Of a stretch of 64,000 nt of DNA, positions 37,097 through 45,608 are shown in pieces. Location of the stretch: positions 2,049-66,048 of the forward strand of contig JAHEHE010000003.1 of assembly GCA_024644725.1 (NCBI GenBank), in the 5' to 3' direction. A program made the position numbers and the translations under genes. This stretch comes from Flavobacteriaceae bacterium (lineage in GTDB: Bacteria; Bacteroidota; Bacteroidia; Flavobacteriales; Flavobacteriaceae). A model generated the notes under the pieces. It did not search any database. It worked only from the letters and a program-made list of their open reading frames with translations, and was not told the DNA's origin. Position 1 is the stretch's first letter; each line of letters starts with the position of its first letter.

Positions 37097-38830
37097 CTAA
37101 ACTTCACAGCTCCCTACATTACTTACTTTGGAGATGTGATTGCCATGTTCATCGTACAGGTGAACGGCACAAGCCAGGCAGGGATCAAAAGAATGCACGG
37201 TTCTTATAATTTCGAGTGGCAGCTCAGGATCGGCAACAGGCGTATCCAAAAGCGAGGACTCATACGCGGACAACTGACCATTCGGATCTCTTGGAGAAGC
37301 ATTCCACGTTGTAGGAACCACCTGCTGATAGTTCTCCGTCTTGCCGTCCTTGATTCTTATCCAGTGGGCAAGACCACCCCTTGGTGCCTCGGTGAATCCA
37401 ACTCCCTTGCATTCCGCCGGCCATTTGGAGGGTTCCCAAAGGTCCATATTCGCCATTCGCTTGTCACCATTTTTGATATTGGCCAACAGTTGATTGTAGA
37501 ATTCAAGTGTCCAGCCGCCCACGAGTTTGCTCTCGATTCCACGGGCAGCGGTTCTTCCCAAAGTCGAGAAGAGGGCGTCCACCGGAACATCAAGGTGAGC
37601 CAGTGCCCCGTTGACGGCTTCTTGGATCTCTTCATTGCCGCGGGCGTAACCCACAAGAAGTCTTGACAATGGCCCTACCTCCATAGGTTTGCCTTGCCAT
37701 CTCGGCGTTTTCACAAAACTGTATTTGCCTTCGACATCGAGGTGGTCGAAAGGAGGTTTTGGACCCGAATACTCGATGTTGGTTTCCCCGTCCCATGGGT
37801 GTCTTCCGGTTTCTGAGCCTTCGGCATAATCCGTGTACCAGGAATTGTTCACGAACTCCTCGATGTCACCGTTGCGATGATCCACATCATGCACAGTAGA
37901 AAGGTCCCGATTCAGTATGACGCCCTGCTGGAACTTGAAGTTAGACGGATCGCCGTATCCATTGGTAGGGAAATCTCCGTAAGACATGTAGTTTCCAATT
38001 CCTTTTCCAATGGCACCCCAGTCCTTGTAGAAGGAGGCAATAGCCAAGAGGTCAGGAATGTAGACCTGATCGATAAAATCATACCCATCCTTAAGAAGCT
38101 TGCCCACATGCGCCAGTCTTTCTGCGTTGAGTCCGCCTGTACTTTCCTCATTGATGGCACAGGCCATACCGCCCACCAGGTAATTCGGGTGCGGATTCTT
38201 TCCGCCGAGGATGGTGTGTACCTTTACTATTTCCTTCTGCCATTCAAGGGCCTCAAGGTAATGCGCAACTGCCAGGAGATTTACCTCTGCAGGAAGCTTC
38301 ATTTGGCTGTGTCCCCAGTACCCGTTGGCGAAAATGCCAAGTTGGCCGCTTTCCACGAACTTCTTGATTCGGTTTTGAACGTCGCTGAAATAGCCCGGGG
38401 AGCTCTTCGGCCATTTCGAAATGCTCTGTGCAATTTGAGAGGTCCCTGCCGGATCGGCGCTCAGTGCGCTTACCACATCTACCCAGTCAAGGGCATGAAG
38501 GTGATAGAAATGAACGGCGTGGTCGTGCATGTAGAGAGCCCCCTCCATGATATTTCTGACCATCTCAGCGTTGGGAGGAATCGCTATGCCCAATGCATCT
38601 TCAACCGCTCGCACCGAGGCAATGGCATGCACCGTAGTGCATACCCCGCAGGTTCTTTGTACGAAAGCCCAGACATCCCTGGGATCTCGTCCTTTTACGA
38701 TGTTCTCCAGCCCACGCACCATAGTACTTGAACTGTAGGCATCAACGATTTTTCCGTCTTTGATTTCAGCTTCTATTCTTAAGTGTCCTTCGATCCTTGT
38801 TACCGGATCAACAACGATTCTTTGTGCCAT
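37097..38830 (-). CDS. hyaB: Group 1 (1d-like) membrane-bound [NiFe]-hydrogenase large subunit
   Basis: RIEGH, L1 QRTCGVCTTVH, HPN and L2 SFDPCLACAVH plus a cleavable tail. Confidence 0.96.
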   Translation of the reverse strand: MAQRIVVDPVTRIEGHLRIEAEIKDGKIVDAYSSSTMVRGLENIVKGRDPRDVWAFVQRTCGVCTTVHAIASVRAVEDALGIAIPPNAEMVRNIMEGALYMHDHAVHFYHLHALDWVDVVSALSADPAGTSQIAQSISKWPKSSPGYFSDVQNRIKKFVESGQLGIFANGYWGHSQMKLPAEVNLLAVAHYLEALEWQKEIVKVHTILGGKNPHPNYLVGGMACAINEESTGGLNAERLAHVGKLLKDGYDFIDQVYIPDLLAIASFYKDWGAIGKGIGNYMSYGDFPTNGYGDPSNFKFQQGVILNRDLSTVHDVDHRNGDIEEFVNNSWYTDYAEGSETGRHPWDGETNIEYSGPKPPFDHLDVEGKYSFVKTPRWQGKPMEVGPLSRLLVGYARGNEEIQEAVNGALAHLDVPVDALFSTLGRTAARGIESKLVGGWTLEFYNQLLANIKNGDKRMANMDLWEPSKWPAECKGVGFTEAPRGGLAHWIRIKDGKTENYQQVVPTTWNASPRDPNGQLSAYESSLLDTPVADPELPLEIIRTVHSFDPCLACAVHLYDEHGNHISKVSNVGSCEV

Positions 38831-38841
38831 GAGTTTTGATT

Positions 38842-39972
38842 TTATTCGTTCTTGTCGAGTTTCTCCTCATTGATACGACCTCGCGTATATCGGTTCTTGA
38901 GTTCCTTGTATTTCGATACATTTGCCGCAACGGCATGAGCGGTCAATCCGGCAACCACAGCTCCTGTGGCAACCTTGCCCACAGTGTCAGCCGTACTTTC
39001 AATACCGAATCCTGGAGTGCTGCCAAGTCGCTTGTAGAAAGGACCGTTGTCCCAGAAGTTCGCTTCACTACATCCTATGCAGCCATGACCTGATTCGATT
39101 GGGAAGCTCACGCCTCCATTCCATTTCATGCTACCGCAGGCGTTATAGGTAGTGGGCCCCTTGCATCCCAGCTTGTAGAGGCAATAGCCCTCTTTCGCAT
39201 TCTGGTCATCAAAGGTCTCGGCGAATAACCCCGCGTCGAAGTAGGGTCTCCTGTAGCAAGTATCATGCACGCGCTTTCCATAAAAAGCTTTGGGTCGGCC
39301 TGCCCGGTCGAGTTCGGGAAGCCTGTCAAAGGTCACATAATGTACGATCAGGGCTGCCATTGCTTCGCCAATAGGAGGACAACCCGGCATATTGATCACC
39401 GGTTTGTTGGTGATGATCTTATTAATAGGTGTTGCGCCCGTAGGATTGGGCTTGGCTCCCTGCACACATCCATTTGTAGCACAGCTTCCCCAGGCGATGA
39501 TTGCCTTGGCCCCCTCGGCTGCTTCTTTCAGGTGGTCGAGCGCCGTTTTACCTGCAATGGTGCAGAAAACACCATTCTCACCCATCGGCACAGATCCTTC
39601 CACACACAGGATGTACTCACCCTTGTACTTCTCCATCGTATCGTGCTTGGCCGCTTCAGCCTGGTGACCAGATGCAGCCATAAGTGTTTCGGTATAATCC
39701 AGCGAAACCGTATCGAGGATGATGTCTGCAACAATGGGGTGACTGGATCTGATGAACGACTCACTGCAACACGTGCACTCCTGATAATGCTCCCAGATGA
39801 TGGGAAGTCGGAAATTGCTCTCCATGGATTTGGCAACTTGTCCGATCAGGGTGTGGTCGAGCCCCATATAGGCGGTTATAAAAGCAGCAAACTTCATGAA
39901 ATCCCTTCTGGAATAACCTTTTCGCCTGGCGCTTTCGTAATAGGTTTCCCGTATTCCTTGTTTTGTGTCCAT
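38842..39972 (-). CDS. hyaA: Membrane-bound [NiFe]-hydrogenase small subunit (Tat signal, six-Cys proximal cluster, C-terminal anchor)
   Basis: SRRDFMK, ECTCCSES, WGSCATNGC, PGCPP, HDTCYRR, FPIESGHGCIGC and a hydrophobic tail. Confidence 0.96.
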   Translation of the reverse strand: MDTKQGIRETYYESARRKGYSRRDFMKFAAFITAYMGLDHTLIGQVAKSMESNFRLPIIWEHYQECTCCSESFIRSSHPIVADIILDTVSLDYTETLMAASGHQAEAAKHDTMEKYKGEYILCVEGSVPMGENGVFCTIAGKTALDHLKEAAEGAKAIIAWGSCATNGCVQGAKPNPTGATPINKIITNKPVINMPGCPPIGEAMAALIVHYVTFDRLPELDRAGRPKAFYGKRVHDTCYRRPYFDAGLFAETFDDQNAKEGYCLYKLGCKGPTTYNACGSMKWNGGVSFPIESGHGCIGCSEANFWDNGPFYKRLGSTPGFGIESTADTVGKVATGAVVAGLTAHAVAANVSKYKELKNRYTRGRINEEKLDKNE

Positions 39973-40076
39973 AATGTAATGATTTGGTATTTTGGAGTCC
40001 CTCCTCCGCCATCTGGCATTCCTGGATGACGGGTAAATTCAACAGCTCAATTTAATTGGAATAAATCATTGATAAC

Positions 40077-40090
40077 ATGACGATTATCAT
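40077..40090. promoter_or_regulatory. Crp/Fnr-like palindrome ATGAC-GATT-ATCAT in the hyaA/hypA divergent promoter
   Basis: TGAY-N4-RTCA with matching outer A/T bases; TAACTTTA (-7-like) at 40112-40119. Confidence 0.6.
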
Positions 40091-40150
40091 ACTTTTTGAC
40101 TTTTATTTCATTAACTTTATAGGTTAATTTCATCTTAGCCTTTTATCAGT

Positions 40151-40492
40151 ATGCACGAACTATCCGTTGCCATGGGCATCGTACGAATCGCCGAAGATGA
40201 GTTGGCGAAGTCATCTGCTCAGGGGATTGAACTGATTGAGCTTGAGATCGGTGACCTGGCCGGTATTGAGCTTGATTCGCTAGAATACGTGTGGGAAGCC
40301 GCCGTTAAAGGAACCGCGCTGGAAACGGCTGAGAAGAAAATACATCGCATAGGCGGAAGAGGAGTATGCCTGGACTGCGATGAGGAGTTTGAGCTGGAGC
40401 AACACTTTGACTCCTGTCCGAATTGCAACAGTTTTCTGAAGCAGATTCTTCAGGGAAAAGAGCTTAGAGTCAAGGCTCTGCAGGTTTTTTAA
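40151..40492 (+). CDS. hypA: Nickel metallochaperone HypA
   Basis: MHELS, CLDC...CPNC and GKELRV. Confidence 0.96.
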   Translation: MHELSVAMGIVRIAEDELAKSSAQGIELIELEIGDLAGIELDSLEYVWEAAVKGTALETAEKKIHRIGGRGVCLDCDEEFELEQHFDSCPNCNSFLKQILQGKELRVKALQVF

Positions 40493-40499
40493 ACGAACA

Positions 40500-40535
40500 A
40501 TGATCCAGATCAATTAATGCGGTGATCCTGGTCAT
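40500..40535. promoter_or_regulatory. Two tandem Crp/Fnr-like boxes upstream of hoxF
   Basis: ATGAT-CCAG-ATCAA (40500-40513) and GTGAT-CCTG-GTCAT (40522-40535), 22-bp period. Confidence 0.6.
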
Positions 40536-40588
40536 TGAACCGTCTCACGTTATTTACTTTATTGCTTGCCTACACTTAATTTTCAACT

Positions 40589-42412
40589 ATGATTGATTCC
40601 AACTATAAGGTAAGAAAGTCGTCGTTGCTTCCCGTTCTATGGGACATTCAGAGAAAAAGAAGATTTATTTCTGAAGATGACATCACAAAAATCGCCAAGG
40701 AATTTAACATGTCGAGGATCGAACTCGAAGGTGTAATTTCCTTTTATCATTTCTTTCATACCCGTCATGCAGGTCTTTACACCATTTACCTGAACAATGC
40801 GATCGTTTCGAAGCACAAGAACTTCGAACGCGTCAAGAAGGCTTTCGAACGTGAATTGGGGATCAGCGTGGGAGAGGTCACGCAAGATCGCATGTTCGGT
40901 CTGTTCGAGACTTCCTGCATCGGTTTGAGCGACCAGGAAACGGCCGCCCTGATCAATTTTTACCCTTTCACGAACCTAACCCCTGAAAAAGTCAATACAC
41001 TCATTCGGAAACTGAGAAAAGGAGAAAGTCCGGCGAGGCTGGCAGATATTCCCAAAGACAACATCAGATATTTGCCCGAGGCGGAAAAAGTTGTTTTCTT
41101 CAAAGACTACAAACCGGGTTTGGGGCTTCAAAAGGCCATCGAAATCGCACCTGGTGAAGTTATAGATTTGGTTACAGAATCCAAACTGTCCGGCAGAGGA
41201 GGCGCATTTTTCCCAACCGGACTCAAATGGGGAATATGTCGCAGCCATGATGCGGATCAGAAGTACTTGATTTGCAACGCAGATGAGGGAGAGCCTGGCA
41301 CCTTTAAAGACAGGGTACTGATGAATCAGCACCCGGGACTGCTCTTAGAGGGTATGACCATTGCCGGGTATGCCATTGGGGCGTCCAAAGGTTTCATCTA
41401 TTTAAGAGCCGAATACTACTATCTCAAGAAGAAGATTGAAGATGCGATCGAGGAGTTCAAAGAAAAGAACCTATTGGGACGGTCCATCCTTCAGAAAGAG
41501 GGCTTCAATTTTGAAATCTTTGTCTATATGGGTGCAGGGGCATATGTCTGCGGGGAGGAAACTGCGCTGATAGCATCCATGGAAGGAAAAAGGGGAGAAT
41601 CCAGCACTAAAGAGTTCTTCCCGGTTGAACGTGGATTTCTCGATAAACCTACAGTCGTAAACAATGTGGAGACCCTGTGCGCCGTCCCAAGAATTCTTGA
41701 AATGGGTGTGGATCGGTACCTGCAAATTGGTACTCCTGCCACCCCAGGTACGAAACTGATCAGCGTCTCGGGAGACTGCGAAAGGCCCGGTATTTACGAG
41801 ATTGAATGGGGCATGAAACTCCGGGATCTGCTGAACCTGATGAAGGCCGAGGATCCCTACCTGATCCTGTTCAATGGCTATGCGGGCGAGTGCCTTTCCG
41901 AAGCCGATTTTGAACGTGAAATATCAGGAGAGAATCTGCTGGGAGAGCATATCCAGTTCGAATTCGATGACCCTATCGTGTATTCACAAAAAATGAGCGC
42001 AATTGGTCTTAGAAGTGGTGGTTCCTTTATGGTTTTCAACCGGGACCGGGACTTCATGGGCATCTTAAAGAACATCGCTGACTTTTTCGTTTCGGAATCC
42101 TGTGGGATCTGCGCCCCATGCAGAACCGGCAACTTCCTGTTGAACAAAAAGCTGCGAAAGATTGAATTGTGCCATGCGGGTAACAAGGATCTCGAAGACA
42201 TTCAGAAATGGAGTACCATTATCAAACAGTCGAGCCGATGCGGCCTGGGCAAAACCTCAACGAACTGCCTACTCACGGCAATTCTGAAATTCCCGGAGGA
42301 ATTCAAAAAATGCCTCCTCGCCGAAAGCGACTACAATGAGAGTTTCATCGTTTCCGAATTGGTTCAGGATTACGACAATATTATTCACGAAATACAGCAT
42401 ACAGATGAATGA
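40589..42412 (+). CDS. hoxF: NAD-linked hydrogenase diaphorase flavoprotein HoxF (NuoE-like + NuoF-like; Cupriavidus SH type)
   Basis: SFYHFF, FETSCIGLSDQ, CNADEGEPG, YVCGEET, NNVET and SCGICAPCR...CGLG. Confidence 0.93.
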   Translation: MIDSNYKVRKSSLLPVLWDIQRKRRFISEDDITKIAKEFNMSRIELEGVISFYHFFHTRHAGLYTIYLNNAIVSKHKNFERVKKAFERELGISVGEVTQDRMFGLFETSCIGLSDQETAALINFYPFTNLTPEKVNTLIRKLRKGESPARLADIPKDNIRYLPEAEKVVFFKDYKPGLGLQKAIEIAPGEVIDLVTESKLSGRGGAFFPTGLKWGICRSHDADQKYLICNADEGEPGTFKDRVLMNQHPGLLLEGMTIAGYAIGASKGFIYLRAEYYYLKKKIEDAIEEFKEKNLLGRSILQKEGFNFEIFVYMGAGAYVCGEETALIASMEGKRGESSTKEFFPVERGFLDKPTVVNNVETLCAVPRILEMGVDRYLQIGTPATPGTKLISVSGDCERPGIYEIEWGMKLRDLLNLMKAEDPYLILFNGYAGECLSEADFEREISGENLLGEHIQFEFDDPIVYSQKMSAIGLRSGGSFMVFNRDRDFMGILKNIADFFVSESCGICAPCRTGNFLLNKKLRKIELCHAGNKDLEDIQKWSTIIKQSSRCGLGKTSTNCLLTAILKFPEEFKKCLLAESDYNESFIVSELVQDYDNIIHEIQHTDE

Positions 42413-43673
42413 GCTAGTCAAAATCGTTATCGACGGACAAGAATACAAAGTGGCAAAAGGAAAGAAAATGGTCGATGCGGCCAAGGAGAAAGGAATTTAC
42501 ATCCCTACACTCTGTCATTTCCGTGAGATCGAGAATTCATTGGGAACCTGCCGCATATGCACGGTAAAAATCAATGGAAAACTTACCACGAGTTGTACCC
42601 AGAAGGTCGAAGAAGGCATGGAGGTGGAAGTAAACACCCCTGAACTGATCGATACACGAAAGGCCATCATAGAGATGCTCTTTGCTGAAGGAAATCACTT
42701 TTGTCCCTCCTGTGAGAAGAGCGGAAACTGTGACCTGCAGAACCTGGCTTACGACATGGGAATAACCGTGTCGCGCTTCCCTCACGTGTTCAGCAACAAA
42801 TTGAAAGATTTTAACGCCTCCCGCATGATCATGGACTCCAACCGCTGTATTCTTTGCAGTCGTTGTGTGAAAGAAATTAACACCGCCGGAGGACTGGACG
42901 TCTTTTCTTTCGTGAATCGAGGCGTGAATACCCGGGTCAGAATAGATTATGAAGAGGAGGAAAAACTCTCTGAAGCAGATGCGCTTCGCGCCATGAACCT
43001 GTGCCCGGTTGGAGCAATTCTCGTCAAGGGAATGATCCATAAGGAGCCGTTTGGCGAGAGAAAATACGACATCTTCGGCAGGAGCAAGTCGACGCCGAAA
43101 ACAACAAGTTGCTCATACAAGCGTGATGATGAGAAATTCATAGTTGCCACCACTTCCCTTGCCGGATGCTTTGGCTGCCACATGTCATTGTTGGACATTG
43201 ACCTTGAGCTGATCGACATGCTCGAGATCGTTGAATTCAACAAGTCACCTTTGACCGACATCAAGAATTTCAGCAAGCGCTGTCACGTGGGCCTGATCGA
43301 AGGGGGCTGCTGCAACTCGGAGAACGTGGAGGTCCTCCGGGAATTCAGAAAGAAATGCGACATCCTCATCGTCTTCGGCGAGTGCGCAATCATGGGGGGT
43401 ATTCCTGCCATGCGAAATTTCGTTCCGCTCAAAGAATGTCTCGAAGAGTCTTATATCCATGGGATCACAAGCGAAATTGGGGCCAATGTCATTCCCAACC
43501 ACGAAGACATCCCCAAACTTCTGAACAATGTGTACCCCTGCAACGAAATCGTGAAAATTGACCATTTCATACCCGGATGCCCTCCGAGTGCCGAACATAT
43601 TTGGAAGGCGGTCAAGAGTGTTCTGCTTGGCAAGGAAATGACCATAACACATGAAGAATTCAAATACGATTAA
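42405..43673 (+). CDS. hoxUY: HoxU-HoxY fusion (diaphorase Fe-S subunit + hydrogenase small subunit), 422 aa
   Basis: HoxU motifs IPTLC, GTCRIC, HFCPSCEKSGNC, RCILCSRC and CPVG continue in frame into HoxY motifs GCFGCHMS, EGG, GECA and PGCPP. Confidence 0.88.
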   Translation: MNELVKIVIDGQEYKVAKGKKMVDAAKEKGIYIPTLCHFREIENSLGTCRICTVKINGKLTTSCTQKVEEGMEVEVNTPELIDTRKAIIEMLFAEGNHFCPSCEKSGNCDLQNLAYDMGITVSRFPHVFSNKLKDFNASRMIMDSNRCILCSRCVKEINTAGGLDVFSFVNRGVNTRVRIDYEEEEKLSEADALRAMNLCPVGAILVKGMIHKEPFGERKYDIFGRSKSTPKTTSCSYKRDDEKFIVATTSLAGCFGCHMSLLDIDLELIDMLEIVEFNKSPLTDIKNFSKRCHVGLIEGGCCNSENVEVLREFRKKCDILIVFGECAIMGGIPAMRNFVPLKECLEESYIHGITSEIGANVIPNHEDIPKLLNNVYPCNEIVKIDHFIPGCPPSAEHIWKAVKSVLLGKEMTITHEEFKYD

Positions 43674-43684
43674 AGTCAAAGAAG

Positions 43685-45142
43685 ATGCAAAACAAAATCG
43701 TCATAGACCCCGTAACCCGTGTTGAAGGTCACGGCAAGGTAACCATCCATCTGGATGAGCAAAACAAGGTCACGGATTCCTTTTTTCACATTGTCGAATT
43801 CCGTGGCTTTGAAAAATTTGTCCAGGGCCATCCGTATTGGGAAGCTCCTGTCATGGTTCAGCGCCTCTGCGGCATCTGCCCGGTGAGTCATCATTTGGCT
43901 GCTGCCAAGGCCATTGACCGCATCGTGGGTCTGGAGCCCCATGAACTGTCTATCACCGCACAAAAGATCAGAAAGCTTTTGCACTACGGACAGATTTTTC
44001 AGTCACATGCGCTACACTTCTTCTATCTGGCATCTCCGGATTTGCTCTTTGGATTCAAGTCCAGTCCTGAAATGCGAAATGTAGTGGGTGTCGCCATGGA
44101 ATACCCTGAACTGGCCAAAAAGGGGATTCTGATGCGCAAATTCGGTCAGGAGATCATCAAGATGGTTGCCGGCAAGAAAATTCACGGGATCTCAACGACT
44201 CCCGGAGGTGTCCATAAAAAGATCACGGTGCGTGAGCGGGACTACTTCCTCAACGGGAAAGACATACCGTCCATTGACACGATGATCTCATGGTCACAGG
44301 AGATCATCGACTTCATGAAATCCTACCACGGTCAAAATGCACACTGGTTGAATGAGTTTGCGACGTACCCATCCGGGCACCTGGGTCTGGTCAACGCCAA
44401 AAACGGTTACCTGGAGCTTTACGACGGACGCTTGAGAGCTATCGATTCCATGGGGCATAAGACTTTGGACGATATTGAAGACGAGGAGTACCAGCATTAC
44501 TTTTATGAAGGTGTCGAAAAATGGTCCTATCTCAAGTTCCCATATCTCAAGCACCTGGGTCGCTCAGAGGGATGGAACCGAGTTGGGCCTCTCGCTCGCT
44601 TGAACGTCTGCGAAGGAATCTCCACGCCTTTGGCGGCCTATGAAAGACTTCAGTTTCTGGATGCCAATCAAGGGAAAACCTGCAACCGAACCATGTTCTC
44701 GCATTGGGCACGCTTGATTGAGCTCTTGCATTGTGCGGAAATGATGAAAGATCTTCTGGAAGATGACGATCTATTGAGCAATGACCTGGTCCGAAGAGGA
44801 GAGCGCAGAAATGAGGGCGTAGGAATCATCGAAGCCCCAAGGGGCACACTGATCCATCATTACCAGGTGGATGAGAAAGACAGGATCACAAGATGCAACC
44901 TGATTGTCTCAACCACCCACAACAACGAGGCTATGAATCGTGCGGTCAAATGGGTGGCCGAAAATGAAATTAGTGGAAAAGCGAAAATAGGCGAAAGCCT
45001 CCTGAATAAAGTTGAAGTGGCGATTCGAGCCTACGATCCGTGCCTGAGCTGTGCAACGCATGCTCTTGGAAAAATGCCTTTAGAGGTTTCACTTCTAGAT
45101 CACAATGGGAACACAATCGATGTCAAAAGAAAGAGCGAGTAG
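43685..45142 (+). CDS. hoxH: Group 3d [NiFe]-hydrogenase large subunit HoxH
   Basis: RVEGH, L1 RLCGICPVSH and L2 AYDPCLSCATH plus a C-terminal extension. Confidence 0.95.
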   Translation: MQNKIVIDPVTRVEGHGKVTIHLDEQNKVTDSFFHIVEFRGFEKFVQGHPYWEAPVMVQRLCGICPVSHHLAAAKAIDRIVGLEPHELSITAQKIRKLLHYGQIFQSHALHFFYLASPDLLFGFKSSPEMRNVVGVAMEYPELAKKGILMRKFGQEIIKMVAGKKIHGISTTPGGVHKKITVRERDYFLNGKDIPSIDTMISWSQEIIDFMKSYHGQNAHWLNEFATYPSGHLGLVNAKNGYLELYDGRLRAIDSMGHKTLDDIEDEEYQHYFYEGVEKWSYLKFPYLKHLGRSEGWNRVGPLARLNVCEGISTPLAAYERLQFLDANQGKTCNRTMFSHWARLIELLHCAEMMKDLLEDDDLLSNDLVRRGERRNEGVGIIEAPRGTLIHHYQVDEKDRITRCNLIVSTTHNNEAMNRAVKWVAENEISGKAKIGESLLNKVEVAIRAYDPCLSCATHALGKMPLEVSLLDHNGNTIDVKRKSE

Positions 45143-45578
45143 GACCCTGGTTTTGGGCATAGGGAACTGCGGCCGCAAAGATGACGGTTTGGGCTGGAAA
45201 TTCATCGACTTTTTAAAGGAGCAGAAAATCGAAGATCTGGACCTGGATTATCGTTATCAACTTCAGATTGAGGACGCTGAACTGATCTCAAATTACGACC
45301 GTGTAATTTTTGTAGATGCCACAAAAGAGCCCACAACGGATGGCTTCTATTTAAGGCCCTGCTCCAAGGTCGGGATGACGGAAATGAACAGTCACAGTCT
45401 GCATCCAGAGACCGTTTATTCCCTGTGCTCTGCCGTCTATGACAAGAATCCGGAGTGCCTGATAATGGGTATAGAGGGAAAAGACTGGGGGCTCGAAACA
45501 GGACTGAGCTCTGAGGCCGAAAGTAACCTGGAACGTGCCAAACGTTACTTCATTGCTCATCTTTTTGTGTATCTTTGA
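45120..45578 (+). CDS. hoxW: Hydrogenase maturation protease HoxW
   Basis: VLGIGN..RKDDGLG, YQLQIE, VIFVDA and SHSLHP. Confidence 0.88.
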   Translation: MSKERASRTLVLGIGNCGRKDDGLGWKFIDFLKEQKIEDLDLDYRYQLQIEDAELISNYDRVIFVDATKEPTTDGFYLRPCSKVGMTEMNSHSLHPETVYSLCSAVYDKNPECLIMGIEGKDWGLETGLSSEAESNLERAKRYFIAHLFVYL

Positions 45579-45608
45579 GTGAACGTCTAAGTTTAAAATG
45601 TAAGAATT

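Noticed and set aside
37877-40029. 284-aa and 254-aa plus-strand ORFs
   Set aside because: Antisense to hyaB and hyaA with no recognisable family; expected from codon bias.
40589-43100. Complex I nuoEFG genes
   Set aside because: Followed in frame by HoxY and then HoxH/HoxW; no membrane nuo genes nearby.
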